Shown: piece by piece, positions 39,901 through 50,319 of the stretch | How positions within the stretch are numbered: the first letter of the stretch is position 1 | How the letters are laid out: each line of letters opens with the position of its first letter | Position numbers and translations under genes: made by a program | The notes under the pieces: generated by a model | Databases searched by the model: none | What the model saw: only the letters and a program-made list of their open reading frames with translations | Told to the model about the DNA's origin: nothing | NCBI RefSeq assembly: GCF_041260155.1 | Contig: NC_091937.1 | Coordinates: forward strand, 6,576,626 to 6,640,625 | From: Ptychodera flava | Lineage: Eukaryota | DNA: 64,000 nucleotides | Reading direction: 5' to 3'

Positions 39901-40245
39901 AAACCCCATAGCGACCCGCAGAGACCGTGGAGAATGGAGTACTACTGTGTCGCCGTGGCAAATAACAACACCAGACGGAACGTGTTCAACGCTGTAACAT
40001 TATCTGAAGACAAGTAGCACCGTTAAAGTCAACAGGCATTCCGCGGGTTTACATAGGGATTAATTGATCATTATCGGTAAAATAACAAACGATAAATAAA
40101 TATTATAAGTTATGATTTTAATCACGGCAAGATTTAACAATGGCATCATTTTTTTCCAAGGACGTTCGTTATGCCGGGATGAAGTGCAAGTATATCCCAA
40201 CTCACACGGTGATAGATTTTTCGGACTGTAAAATACCACTCTCAC

Positions 40246-40349
40246 CTTTCCGAAAGACGTGAGCATAAAAAGTTCCGTCGTGTCTTCATCTACTTGCACT
40301 GTCTTGTACCATCGGAATATCACCTCTGCATCACCTTGTCTCACTGCGT
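40246..40349 (-). CDS. Candidate second exon. Encodes (D)AVRQGDAEVIFRWYKTVQVDEDTTELFMLTSFGK, then donor GGAAAG|GTGAGAG.
   Basis: Acceptor aattttgtag|AC, strong donor. In phase with the upstream candidate exon. No downstream exon in compatible phase could be found within the island. Confidence 0.3.
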
Positions 40350-40502
40350 CTACAAAATTACACAAAAGTTTATTTCCCTACGATGAGCCAAGAACAAAGC
40401 TGTTTCAGGCAAGAACGATAAACACAAGGCACATCAGTTCCCACGGGAGACCGATTTCATGAATGAAACATGTCCAATTGATCACAGAGAACGTAAAAAT
40501 CG

Positions 40503-40590
40503 GTTTTTACCTGGCGGGCCGCCACCGCGGCTCGATATATAATGTTCTTGAAGATTATCTGCGATGCCGATGTCATCTATCCGCTGTGTA
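40503..40590 (-). CDS. Candidate first coding exon (minus strand). Encodes MISTQRIDDIGIADNLQEHYISSRGGGPP, then donor GCCAG|GTAAAAAC.
   Basis: ATG at 40590 with purine at -3. Open frame to a GT donor. Phase-compatible with the candidate exon at 40246-40349 across a ~150-bp intron ending ttttgtag. No homology recognised. Confidence 0.3.
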
Positions 40591-42360
40591 GAAATCATGT
40601 CTTTATAGAGGAAATCCTGAGAGCACGAAGAATATATATCCTCTGTTTTTTTCTGGCGCTAAAATCAACTTGTGTACTGTCGGTCCATTCAAACTGCTCT
40701 ACCACGGAAAATGGCAACTGAGCTGGCGTGTGACACGGGGTGACCGGCCCAGTGATGACACTTCCCGGTTCATTGGATTATTGGAAGGGGGTTGCAGCTT
40801 GACACAGATGGGCAAAGGAAAAGCGCAGGCTTTACATGTGAAACCACGGCCCTTTTGTGGAGGGACCGTGGTGAAACCGTCTCTGTCATTTCGTCATGCA
40901 TGACGAGCACAAAAGGAGCTTTGAATTACTTTTTACGAGAAATGAAATATGTTCGTAAGAAAATATCTATTGTACGTATAAAATTACCAAAACGTTCGTT
41001 TATTATTGCAAAAGTCGTCGAAACACAGCAAAGGATGTAATTTTGGGTCGCAGAACAGCTATTAAAGTACGCGACCTTCAAGTTCGTGTAAACCAGTCCT
41101 AAATACTCAAATTATAAGGCTTGGCGCGCTTGTAACAAAGCCACCTAACTGTAAAAGATATTGACTGAACACAATAATAGGGCTCTAACAGTTCAAACCC
41201 TTTGATTATTGAACTTTCTAACACTTGTTGGCACAGAATCAAAATCTTCAAGGTGCTGTTTCACATTGTCAATTTCTCCTATGTACTGTTGAGTGGGCAA
41301 ACATGCAGGGTGGTCAAAGCTAGTTGCCAGAGATCTGTATTGCTTTCGTTTTAGTTGACAACATCAAAACAGTTTAAGAGCATTTTGTTCTACCAAATAT
41401 TTCAAAGAAATCATTCTTTTTAACCACTTGAGTTTTCTCTTCTTCAAGTAAACATGAAATTTTCATTCTATAAAAATGCTACCATATCTATGATTCTGTA
41501 CATATATACAAACTAATATACTGTACCTTTTTGAACACTTTGCCTTCATATTAACAAAACGTTGGTGAAACGTCCATAAGAGCCAGTAAGGATTTGTTCT
41601 TTGAGGGGGAGGGGCAGGGGAGGGATGCTTTTAGGGGTGTCATAATGAAGCTATGCATTGATGTAAGTTAAACTTTGACAGAGATAGATTCTGCACATAA
41701 GAACAGTAAGCTCAGAGAGTGGATAACCAAATTCATTTTAAAAAAGATGGTAGTGATGGTAGTATTTTTGCCATGCCAGGGCTGGGTGAATGTTTCTTTA
41801 ATGCGATTGGAACTAATTTGGGAGAATTGAATATTGTTCAAATTTCTCAAAAGTGTTAGGTGCCCTATAGCTGAATGTTACCATATTACAAATTACTCAT
41901 GAAAACAAGTGAATAACTTAAAAAGAAAAGCAGATGAACGTACATTTGCAGATTAAACCGACATTACTTTACTGCCCAATAAGATAAGATAAGATCGTTT
42001 CAAACTCATAGATAAGATTGTTTCAATATGCTCCAACATAATCGGTACTCCTGAGAGAAATTTGCTTTGTTTTTATAACCAACAGGTGCTCCGGAGGGCT
42101 CACTCTATAATATCATGTAAAGTCTGTTTTACTTCCTTCCTGTCAGCATTTTCAGTTCCCGGCTTGCAGGTCAAATCGGCACAAACATTCTTTTATTCCA
42201 ACAGCAGTGCGGCTTTAAGTGAAAAGAAATGATATCAAGCTTTTTATCCAGTGTCTGTCTGTTGTTTGTTTGGTTTTTTTATTTCTCTTTTGTAGATTTC
42301 TCGTTCGTGCGTGTAAGTTTTCTCAGTCACCATTTTAATTGCCCTGTGTTTGGGATGAAT

Positions 42361-42382
42361 AAAGTATTGATTGATTGATTGA
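42361..42382. repeat. (ATTG)5 microsatellite, immediately after an AATAAA (gaataaagtattgattg).
   Basis: Direct read. Confidence 0.85.
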
Positions 42383-45300
42383 TTGATTGTTCCAAATTAG
42401 ATGGTTCCAATCGTGTTCTTTCTAAATTTAGAAAACTCATTCAGTCTTCTAGATAGGTTTATTTGGAAACAGTACAAACAATAAACTTTCATTTATTGAG
42501 TTGTTGAAAGGATAATTCCTTAACTTGCGATGTTTATCCACAGTATTATAGGTGTCAGTAAATATGAAACTCTGTAATTGGTGAATTGGTGATTTTGTTA
42601 GTGATATTTACTTGTACATTCTTGAAAAGGATTTACCCCTCATCATGGTCCTTAAAGATATATTGTCTAAATTCTGTTCTTAACGCCTCCTCCCCAAACA
42701 AACAAGTAGATATCATAAACCCCTTTGGAGTCAAAGTCTTTGCAAAATGTCAAACTATTTTCCGTAATGAAATAATAACTGGACTTGCTTGAGGAAAGAA
42801 AACCAATAAAAAAGAGGTTTTACTGTGAGTTAGATTGAAGTAAGAAACCATAAATGACAAAAAGATTTATTTCCACCATTGATTTTCTGTATTTCTTTAT
42901 TGCATGGCACATTGAAGAATCATAGAAATAATTGCAAGTTCTGAAAAGCTCTCTTTCTGATCAACTTCAAGTACATCACATCAAGGTATAGAAAGATAAT
43001 AATGTTCGGAAGCAGAAGTGTGGAGTTCCATGATGATGAGAAAGGACAGGTTTGTCTTGATATTAAAAAAGTGCAGAAAAATTAAAAAAACAAGAAATAT
43101 ATGCAAACATGATTGTACATAGCGTATATTGCAAATATATCTTTAACCCTCCCCTGTTACCCACATGTGGTTTCATCTGATCGTCCTCAGTGACCAGATT
43201 AAACCTATATACAGATAAAGGTTTTAAAGTCATGTGTATTCAAGGCACCTAACATCTCTGAATTATATATATTTGATCAAAACACTAAAAATCTCACTTT
43301 AACATTAAATAATTTATTGATCACTGATTAACAATGGCTCTCTAAAAATAGTCATATAAAGCAGACCTTTGGTATCTTCAACAGCAAAATTTGTCACTGT
43401 ATCAATCAAAAAATTTCATTTCTTTTCGGATTTGCTAGTTTTTACATGAGTATCATCAATGCTTCATTTCTTGTTTGATTTTTTTTAATTAAAATATCAG
43501 GATGATGGCTAACTTGAAGTTTCTCTTCATTGGAATCACAGACTGCATAATTTAAAATTCAGCATGACAGTACTTCTTGTCTTATAAGAGTACAATAATA
43601 GTTGTTTTGGGGTAAAAAAAGCTACTATCATAAATTATCTACATATATTCACATTTTGTACACTGCAAATTCATTGTTCATCTTTTGTAAACTTTCAAAT
43701 GCTCTTAAAAGTCAAGATATGAAATTTAATGAAATCCCTGTTGACTTTATTTCCTGAAATTTTCACTGCCATGAATAAAGAGAATTTTCTAAGTGCCAAC
43801 CATTTTCACTGAATGCTGTACTTTAATACAAATTTTAACACTGTGCAAGTAAAAATTTTTTTTCTACTGCAGCTAATTTTGAATTTGTACTACCATGTAC
43901 CCCCCCTCCCCCCATTCCTGCAAAGTCATTTGGGGTCTTAAAAATGGACCATTATACCTGGACCATCTTGGAGTGCACTCAAAAGTGCCTGTATAAAGCC
44001 CTTGTTGCAAAATGCTGAAATTACATTCTATGGCCTGATGACAATATATTCTTGTTTCCGTTTCCACAGTCATTAGTGATTTGTGATCAAGGAGTAATCT
44101 CTGAACTCAAGTTGTCAGTGCACATGTCCTTGAAATTAACAGCTAACTTTTGTGCCATACAAAAAGCTTGTCAAAGTTATGTATTTGAAGTCTTGAACAC
44201 CTTTTTAAGCCTCAAAAATGTAGTTAGAGTATAGAGTGTCAAACTTGTTCTTGGGTTGAGATATGAAATGTGAAACAGCGTATATTGGTACTCTGTGCCA
44301 TTATAATGGCCAATATGCTAATTACATGACTCTCACAGCTCAATTGCAGACTTGTATGATCCAGCCTGATTAGAAGGCATACAAAAAGCACACATTTTGA
44401 AGTCTTGGCATATCTATATCTGTGAATGTGAAAGCCAGCCTCATAATATCATACAAAATTTTATGTGTCTGATGATGATGTTAGTTGCACATGTACTTTA
44501 ATTCTGCTACCTTCCACAAAGACAATGATTTGTGGAGTTTCTTATCACATGTTTGAACCAACTTTCTGCCGCTTGTTACTTCATGTTTCACATGATTGTA
44601 GTAAGTTTGCATGTGGAAATATTTGTTATCTGAGTTGTGGCACATGTCCGGTATCTCTTCCACCTGCATAGAGGATTGAAATCCATTCTATAGGCTGTTT
44701 TCTTTGACACTGACAAGTCATTGAAAATCTGGCCAGGACAAGACACCAAGAAACAGTAATTGTTATCGACTTGGTGACACTTATCTTGCCTCTACATCTC
44801 TCTAGAATTAGCTTGTCTTCCTTTTGTATTCCATGGAATAGAAACTACAAAACACCTGATGGCATGAAATTAATGTTTTTTTTCATGTATTGCAATCATT
44901 GGTTACATACATCTGTATGGCACTTACAAACACTGAATGTTTCAATGCTTCTCACCCCTTTCACAAACAAAATTGGTATAACCCTGTTATAGTTGGATTA
45001 ATGTTTGGACTGTGGGCCGTGAAAATAGTGAGGTTTCAAATTGGATAATATTGTCAGGATGATATGACCTGTTGGTCTGCTTCACAAAACACAACTACTG
45101 ATCTCTCAAAGCTATATTTAAAGCTTGATTCAGGTACTTGGTTTGCCAATGAATGTATTTCCCAACTGACCATTTTCCATGAGTCTCTTGAAAAGAATCA
45201 CAAAATCCAGAGTTAACTTTGTAAAATATTTCTCAAGTCTCGTAGTGTCCTTCTGCTGTGACTTCTGAAAGACGTTTTAAAAAAATCTCACCAGTGAATA

Positions 45301-45696
45301 CCATCAGCATCACCAGGGATGGGCATACTGTGCTGTCCAATGTAGTATGCTCAAGAGTTTTGTTATTCCTGTATATAACAGCATATTTTGTAGACTGCTT
45401 AATTTTCAAACAGCCTTCTGTATTTCTGGCCTATAAAATTTTGCAGATATGTACAAAAGCCGTTTAAAAATCACAGTAGTTCAGTTGCATCATTAAAATT
45501 CCGATTCCTTGTTGAGTAAAACTGCACACAAAAATATTGATTCCGCAGATATGAACATGTTCTGTGTCATGGTGACGTTGGTTCCAAATCCTCAATGTGG
45601 AATAAATAACTCAGAGCACTTGTTTTTTGTTTCCAGTCCATGGCTGGCATGTTAACACAGGTAATGATAGGTAAATGCTATCCTTTATGTAGTTGT

Positions 45697-45794
45697 CTAT
45701 AACATAAGATCATCATCTTCATCTGTGTTTGGCTTTGTCCTCCTTGGAAGTTCAGGGAGATCTTCCGCAAGTCCCCAGTTTTGCTGTCCAAAAG
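45697..45794 (-). CDS. ARL13B: ARL13B-like terminal coding exon. Encodes (S)FGQQNWGLAEDLPELPRRTKPNTDEDDDLML*, with TAG stop at 45697-45699.
   Basis: Acceptor ttcattgacag|CT in phase 1, matching the exon-8 donor. Short ORF closing with an in-frame stop. No protein-similarity support, so this is the weakest link of the model. Confidence 0.55.
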
Positions 45795-46230
45795 CTGTCA
45801 ATGAAACAAATAAAAGTCGTCAGTCTTTTTTGAAAATATGTCTATCTTCATATTATTTTTCATACAAATACTGACAAAACTCCAAGGAAACTTTTGAGAT
45901 GAATTAGCCAATGTTGCTGAGATTATTTTTAAGTAGCTCTGAGCAAGTTTAGAGACAACAATCAAATCAAAAACAAAATCATCAAATTTAGTTTCACAGA
46001 GATGATCATCATCCTATATTACTACCATTCCCTTTGTTGTCATGGCAAGTAGGAAAGACATCAAAAGTTGCACTACTTTTTTTTGGTAGCATTTTGGTAG
46101 TAAACTAGTATGACAATATGATAACCTAATACATCTTTCAATCGACACGGCGATTGGGCCAGAATGACAGTCAGATGATCATCATGTGACCACATGGGTT
46201 TGCCTATGATATCATATGATATACACTCAC

Positions 46231-46476
46231 AATTTGACTCCACTGGACTGCTGGATCTTGGTGTGTGTTTCTCCATGAGAGGCGCCAACCTGGGTGGACG
46301 AGAGGCTCTGACTTCAAAAATGTTCCTTTGCCCTGGAGCCTGTGCCCATGATGGAGCCATAATAGGTGCTTGAAGAGGTGGAGGATGGAACTCATCTTCA
46401 CCATCAAGTGACATTGGAGCCAATTTATTTTTCTTCTTGAGTTTCTTCTTCTTCTTCTTTTTCTTTTCACTTTCCT
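46231..46476 (-). CDS. ARL13B: ARL13B-like exon 8. Encodes (E)ESEKKKKKKKKLKKKKNKLAPMSLDGEDEFHPPPLQAPIMAPSWAQAPGQRNIFEVRASRPPRLAPLMEKHTPRSSSPVESN.
   Basis: Acceptor tctgatgcag|AG, donor AAATT|GTGAGT. In frame with exon 7. Lys-rich then Pro-rich composition, consistent with the Pro-rich ARL13B C-terminus. Alternative model: read through to a TAG at 46073 as a terminal exon. Confidence 0.65.
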
Positions 46477-46744
46477 CTGCATCAGAATAAAAAGACCTGT
46501 GTTACAATATATTGACAGATATAATAATTTTTGTGATGTGAAGTCGACACACAAAAATAATGACAGACACATACATACACATAGATTTCCTCTGTCACAC
46601 AGAGTAGATTGCAGATGGTACCTATTTGAATTTATTTCAAATTATTGTGACTTTTGCTTTGCTTTAATAGATTCTTTTCACACAATAATAGTTTTCCTTC
46701 GTTGTATCCTGTAGCCTTCACTAAATCAGTACAGCACTACGTGT

Positions 46745-46808
46745 CACTATCATCATTCATGTCAATTTCCCATCATCGTCATCATCACTGTCGTCATCAT
46801 CACTGTCG

Positions 46809-46845
<37 letters not shown>

Positions 46846-46940
46846 TATCACTGTCGTCATCATCATTGTTGTCATCATAATCTTACCTGCCACTTCCTTC
46901 CTCATCTTCACAATCATCAGGTCCTCATCATCATCATCAC
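46745..46940. repeat. (CAT)n / (CATCGT)n microsatellite directly abutting the exon-7 donor of the ARL13B-like gene.
   Basis: catcatcgtcatcatcactgtcgtcatcatcatcatcat... The exon-7 donor (GT at 46885-46886) lies within it. The ORF track spuriously reads it as poly-Met/Thr. Confidence 0.85.
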
Positions 46941-47541
46941 CACCACCGTATCGTGGCAACCGACTTTCCTCCTGGAACGAGGACTCCTTCGCATTCTTGG
47001 ATTTTGAGGAATAATACATTTCATCAGCGTCATCATCCTGATCTGAAGCCACATGAATAATACGTCTCCTGCCAGAATGCTTGGAATCTTCCACACTTGC
47101 ACTGTCCATTTCATAACTGTCACTGTCATCACGCCTTTGACTTCTGAAAAATGTTTCTTTTTTCCGTTCAAGTTCATGGTCATATTTTTGCCTGGAATAG
47201 TCTGATTCGTCAGACTTTTTGTTGTCCTCATCACTGTCATCATCCAAATAAAATCCATATCCCCCTGTTTTTTTAGTTCTAGATCTAGGTGTCAATTTGG
47301 GAGATTCGTACGATTGTTTATAGCCATCCTCATCATCATCACTGAATCTCTGTTTCCGTGGTGATTTCTTTTTCTTCATCCTTGGACTTTTGTGAGGCTT
47401 TTTGGTCACAATTTCTTCATCCTCCTCATCAGATGCATATGATTTGTGATTTTTCACTTTCATCTCATCTTCATCGGTATCTTCGGGGAGTTTCTCTTGC
47501 TTAGTGGGTTTCTTCTTTGGTTTTTTATTCTTGCTGTCAAA
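46887..47541 (-). CDS. ARL13B: ARL13B-like exon 7. Large K/D/E/S-rich low-complexity exon (~218 codons). Encodes FDSKNKKPKKKPTKQEK...SDEEDEE...SDDDEDG...DDDSDED...RYGGGDDDDEDLMIVKMRKEVA(G).
   Basis: Acceptor ttttgtttcag|TTT, donor GGCAG|GTAAGA. Uninterrupted 655-bp reading frame, joined in phase 0 to exon 6 and in phase 1 to exon 8. Alternating Lys-rich and acidic Ser/Asp/Glu clusters (CK2-type sites). No counterpart in human ARL13B as I recall it. Confidence 0.7.
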
Positions 47542-48049
47542 CTGAAACAAAACATTGGAATCTATTGAGTGAAGTACATGTCACACCAAGATTAAAACAA
47601 TACTCAGATTCAAATTGGTCTTCTCTGAAAGTGAATGTGGAAACGTCACAGAACTAAACACACTACATGTACATGATTTTCATGTTAGGAATTTGAAAGC
47701 ATAATTGAATTCTTGGTGTTAAGTGCTTGGTACAGTGTATTCTTCCTTTAACCTTTTCATCCTATGTCCCTGTAGATAGATTCCAGTCTACTAGCCAGTA
47801 CAGGGGAACAGTTGATTTGGGCTAACCCACAGTGGAGAAAGGGGTAAAATAAGTACATGAATTACAATGCAACAGTGAGTGCATGAAAAATACAGTATGT
47901 ATTATCATGGTCTGTCCATCACACCATGCATAATTAATATTGCATAGATGCCATTTTTTGTTTGTTTGGTGGTTCATTTCTTGATGGTACACTAGTATTT
48001 GCTTAGTATTTGAATGGATTGGGGGATAATTATTACAGATATAACTTAC

Positions 48050-48170
48050 TTTCATTTTTTCAACAGGTTTGAAAGGATTGTCACCAACATGGACATCATC
48101 ATCATCATCATCTTCACTTTCTTCTTTCTCAATTCCTTCTCTTTTCCTTCTTTCCTCTTCCTCCCTTTCT
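48050..48170 (-). CDS. ARL13B: ARL13B-like exon 6. Encodes (R)EREEEERRKREGIEKEESEDDDDDDVHVGDNPFKPVEKMK.
   Basis: Acceptor ttccttacag|AG, donor ATGAAA|GTAAGT. In frame with exons 5 and 7. The NPFKPV motif resembles human ARL13B NPFQPI. Acidic low-complexity content. Confidence 0.75.
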
Positions 48171-48870
48171 CTGTAAGGAAACAAATTCAAATTCTGTAGC
48201 TGAGAGTTGCCATGTCCATTGGTCACATTGGCTGCATTGTTTTACATAACCACCTCTGGTTGGATTTTCATATGAGGTTTCTGTTGAACACGATAGCACA
48301 CCTTACCAAAAATATTTTATTCGACACTCGACTGACAAAGCTCTCTCACAAGATCATGATGTACTCACTACCAACCAAATAAAGACGTAAATAAGGTTCC
48401 TTGCTGAATGGCAAAAATCTATGTTCCAGTCTCAGACTGAAATCTACAAACAGACTACAACTATGCATATTACAAAGATATTTCCTGTGTTTCAATTCAA
48501 ATTTTATGAACATAACCAACATAGTTTTGAAAAACTTTCGTAATGCAAATCTCTCACTTGATTAGCCAATTTTAAATGTAAATTACACAGATCTTCTTGT
48601 TTATGGCAATTAAAACTGAATATCTTCTATATCATTTACATCTATAATTTGGCACATTTTGAGACAATGTGAAACCGAGAATTATTATTGTATGTTAAGA
48701 TGAGTCAAACAGTACTGATTTCCATTGTCCAGATGAAAGTTTTTATATTATATTTTAAAAGATCACAGTATAGAATATTTCTAAAGATTAAAAATTTGGT
48801 GGCACAGTGAAAGGAGGGGGGGGGGGCCATTAAACACAAAAACAATTTCCATAGGTCTCCTTTTTCTAAC

Positions 48871-49073
48871 CTTTCTTCCCGGATTTTCCTGACCCTCTCC
48901 AATCTCTCTTTCTTTTCAATAGCCTCTAGTTCCCTTTGTTCCTGTGTTTCCTCTTCAACTCTCTTTCCCAGTTCATCCCATTCCTCACTGATAGTCATCA
49001 ACAGCCACTTGAATCCCGACTTGATTGACTTGTCCATCTTCTTGCCGATGCCGAGAGTCGCAGAACATGTCTC
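48871..49073 (-). CDS. ARL13B: ARL13B-like exon 5. Encodes [67 protein letters not shown](R).
   Basis: Acceptor aatttgtag|GAG, donor GAAAG|GTTAGA (weaker donor). Aligns to human [59 protein letters not shown] (the coiled-coil segment). Phase-consistent with exons 4 and 6. Confidence 0.85.
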
Positions 49074-49515
49074 CTACAAATTGATGTAAACAATGAGAAG
49101 AATTCTGTCAAGTTACCATATAATTATGAAGCCTTTTCTTTCCTAACAACAGCTAAGGTCTACCATATAAGTAGAATACCCACAGCATTTAAAAATTCTG
49201 CCAGATCAGAGGCATATTGCAGATGATTGGCAGCCAGGCAAAGTTAGGAGCTGATTAGTGGTGCATTTTTTTATAAGAAAAAGACAATTTTCATGGGAAA
49301 AAGCTGATTATGAATAAATGAATAGATATCAATCTGTCTGCTATGTAGACACAAATTGTACAAACTGAGTTTATCATATTGATTTTCAGTATAATGCCCC
49401 TGGCCCTGTCACTTCGATATATGTGCCTACAATGTCACTCTGGCTGTCTTTTACCCACTTGACACTACAGTGTTTGCTTCGTCTTTTCCATTTACTCTAC
49501 TGTTTCTTGGAATCT

Positions 49516-50234
49516 AAAGTATTGCATGACTTACCACTCTGCAAGGACTCTGACTAAAGTATTGCATGACTTACCACTCTGCAAGGACTCTGACTAAAGT
49601 ATTGCATGACTTACCACTCTGCAAGGACTCTGACTAAAGTATTGCATGACTTACCACTCTGCAAGGACTCTGACTAAAGTATTGCATGACTTACCACTCT
49701 GCAAGGACTCTGACTAAAGTATTGCATGATTACCACTCTGCAAGGACTCTGACTAAAGTATTGCATGACTTACCACTCTGCAAGGACTCTGACTAAAGTA
49801 TTGCATGACTTACCACTCTGCAAGGACTCTGACTAATGTATTGCATGACTTACCACTCTGCAAGGACTCTGACTAAAGTATTGCATGACTTACCACTCTG
49901 CAAGGACTCTGACTAAAGTATTGCATGACTTACCACTCTGCAAGGACTCTGACTAAAGTATTGCATGACTTACCACTCTGCAAGGACTCTGACTAAAGTA
50001 TTGCATGACTTACCACTCTGCAAGGACTCTGACTAAAGTATTGCATGACTTACCACTCTGCAAGGACTCTGACTAAAGTATTGCATGACTTACCACTCTG
50101 CAAGGACTCTGACTAAAGTATTGCATGACTTACCACTCTGCAAGGACTCTGACTAAAGTATTGCATGACTTACCACTCTGCAAGGACTCTGACTAAAGTA
50201 TTGCATGACTTACCACTCTGCAAGGACTCTGACT
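49516..50234. repeat. 40-bp minisatellite, ~18 tandem copies (taaagtattgcatgacttaccactctgcaaggactctgac).
   Basis: Near-identical 40-mers. One 39-bp variant (~49721) and one A>T variant (gactaatgta, ~49836). The 3'-most copy is continuous with ARL13B-like exon 4. On the minus strand every copy reads CAGAGTCCTTGCAGAGTG|GTAAGTCATGCAATACTTTA. Confidence 0.9.
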
Positions 50235-50319
50235 CTCGTTCACCATGTCTTCAAGATTCAGCTTCTCACAGATGTCAATTTCATCAAGAGCACCGTCTTC
50301 ATCTTGTTTGTTTGCAAGG
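50214..50319 (-). CDS. ARL13B: ARL13B-like exon 4. Encodes (V)LANKQDEDGALDEIDICEKLNLEDMVNESQSPCRV (NKQD G4 motif).
   Basis: Acceptor ttgtatacag|C, donor GAGTG|GTAAGTCATGC. NKQD is the G4 guanine-specificity motif. Aligns to human [38 protein letters not shown]. Phase-consistent. Confidence 0.88.

Larger units (their letters stand above)
39760..41100. promoter_or_regulatory. CpG-rich island of an uncharacterised gene.
   Basis: Dense CpG (cgaatgccag..., ggcgggccgccaccgcggctcg). TATA-like tatataat at ~40533. Candidate minus-strand 5' exons inside (next two features). Confidence 0.45.

Noticed and set aside
40060-40365. Track ORF of 101 aa (MCNFVDAVRQGDAEV...)
   Set aside because: It starts at a TTG and runs through a strong GT donor at 40245. 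Only the portion upstream of the donor is retained as a low-confidence exon.
46654-47007. Plus-strand ORF encoding a His-rich peptide (HHRHHHCRHHH...HHHHHHHH)
   Set aside because: It is simply the plus-strand reading of the (CAT)n / (CATCGT)n microsatellite. It overlaps the well-supported minus-strand ARL13B-like exon 7 and its intron. There are no splice or start signals.
46762-47550. Track ORF of 262 aa ending in a poly-Met/Thr tail
   Set aside because: The true exon stops at the GTAAGA donor (46887). The Met/Thr tail is read-through into the microsatellite intron. The track's M start is a TTG.
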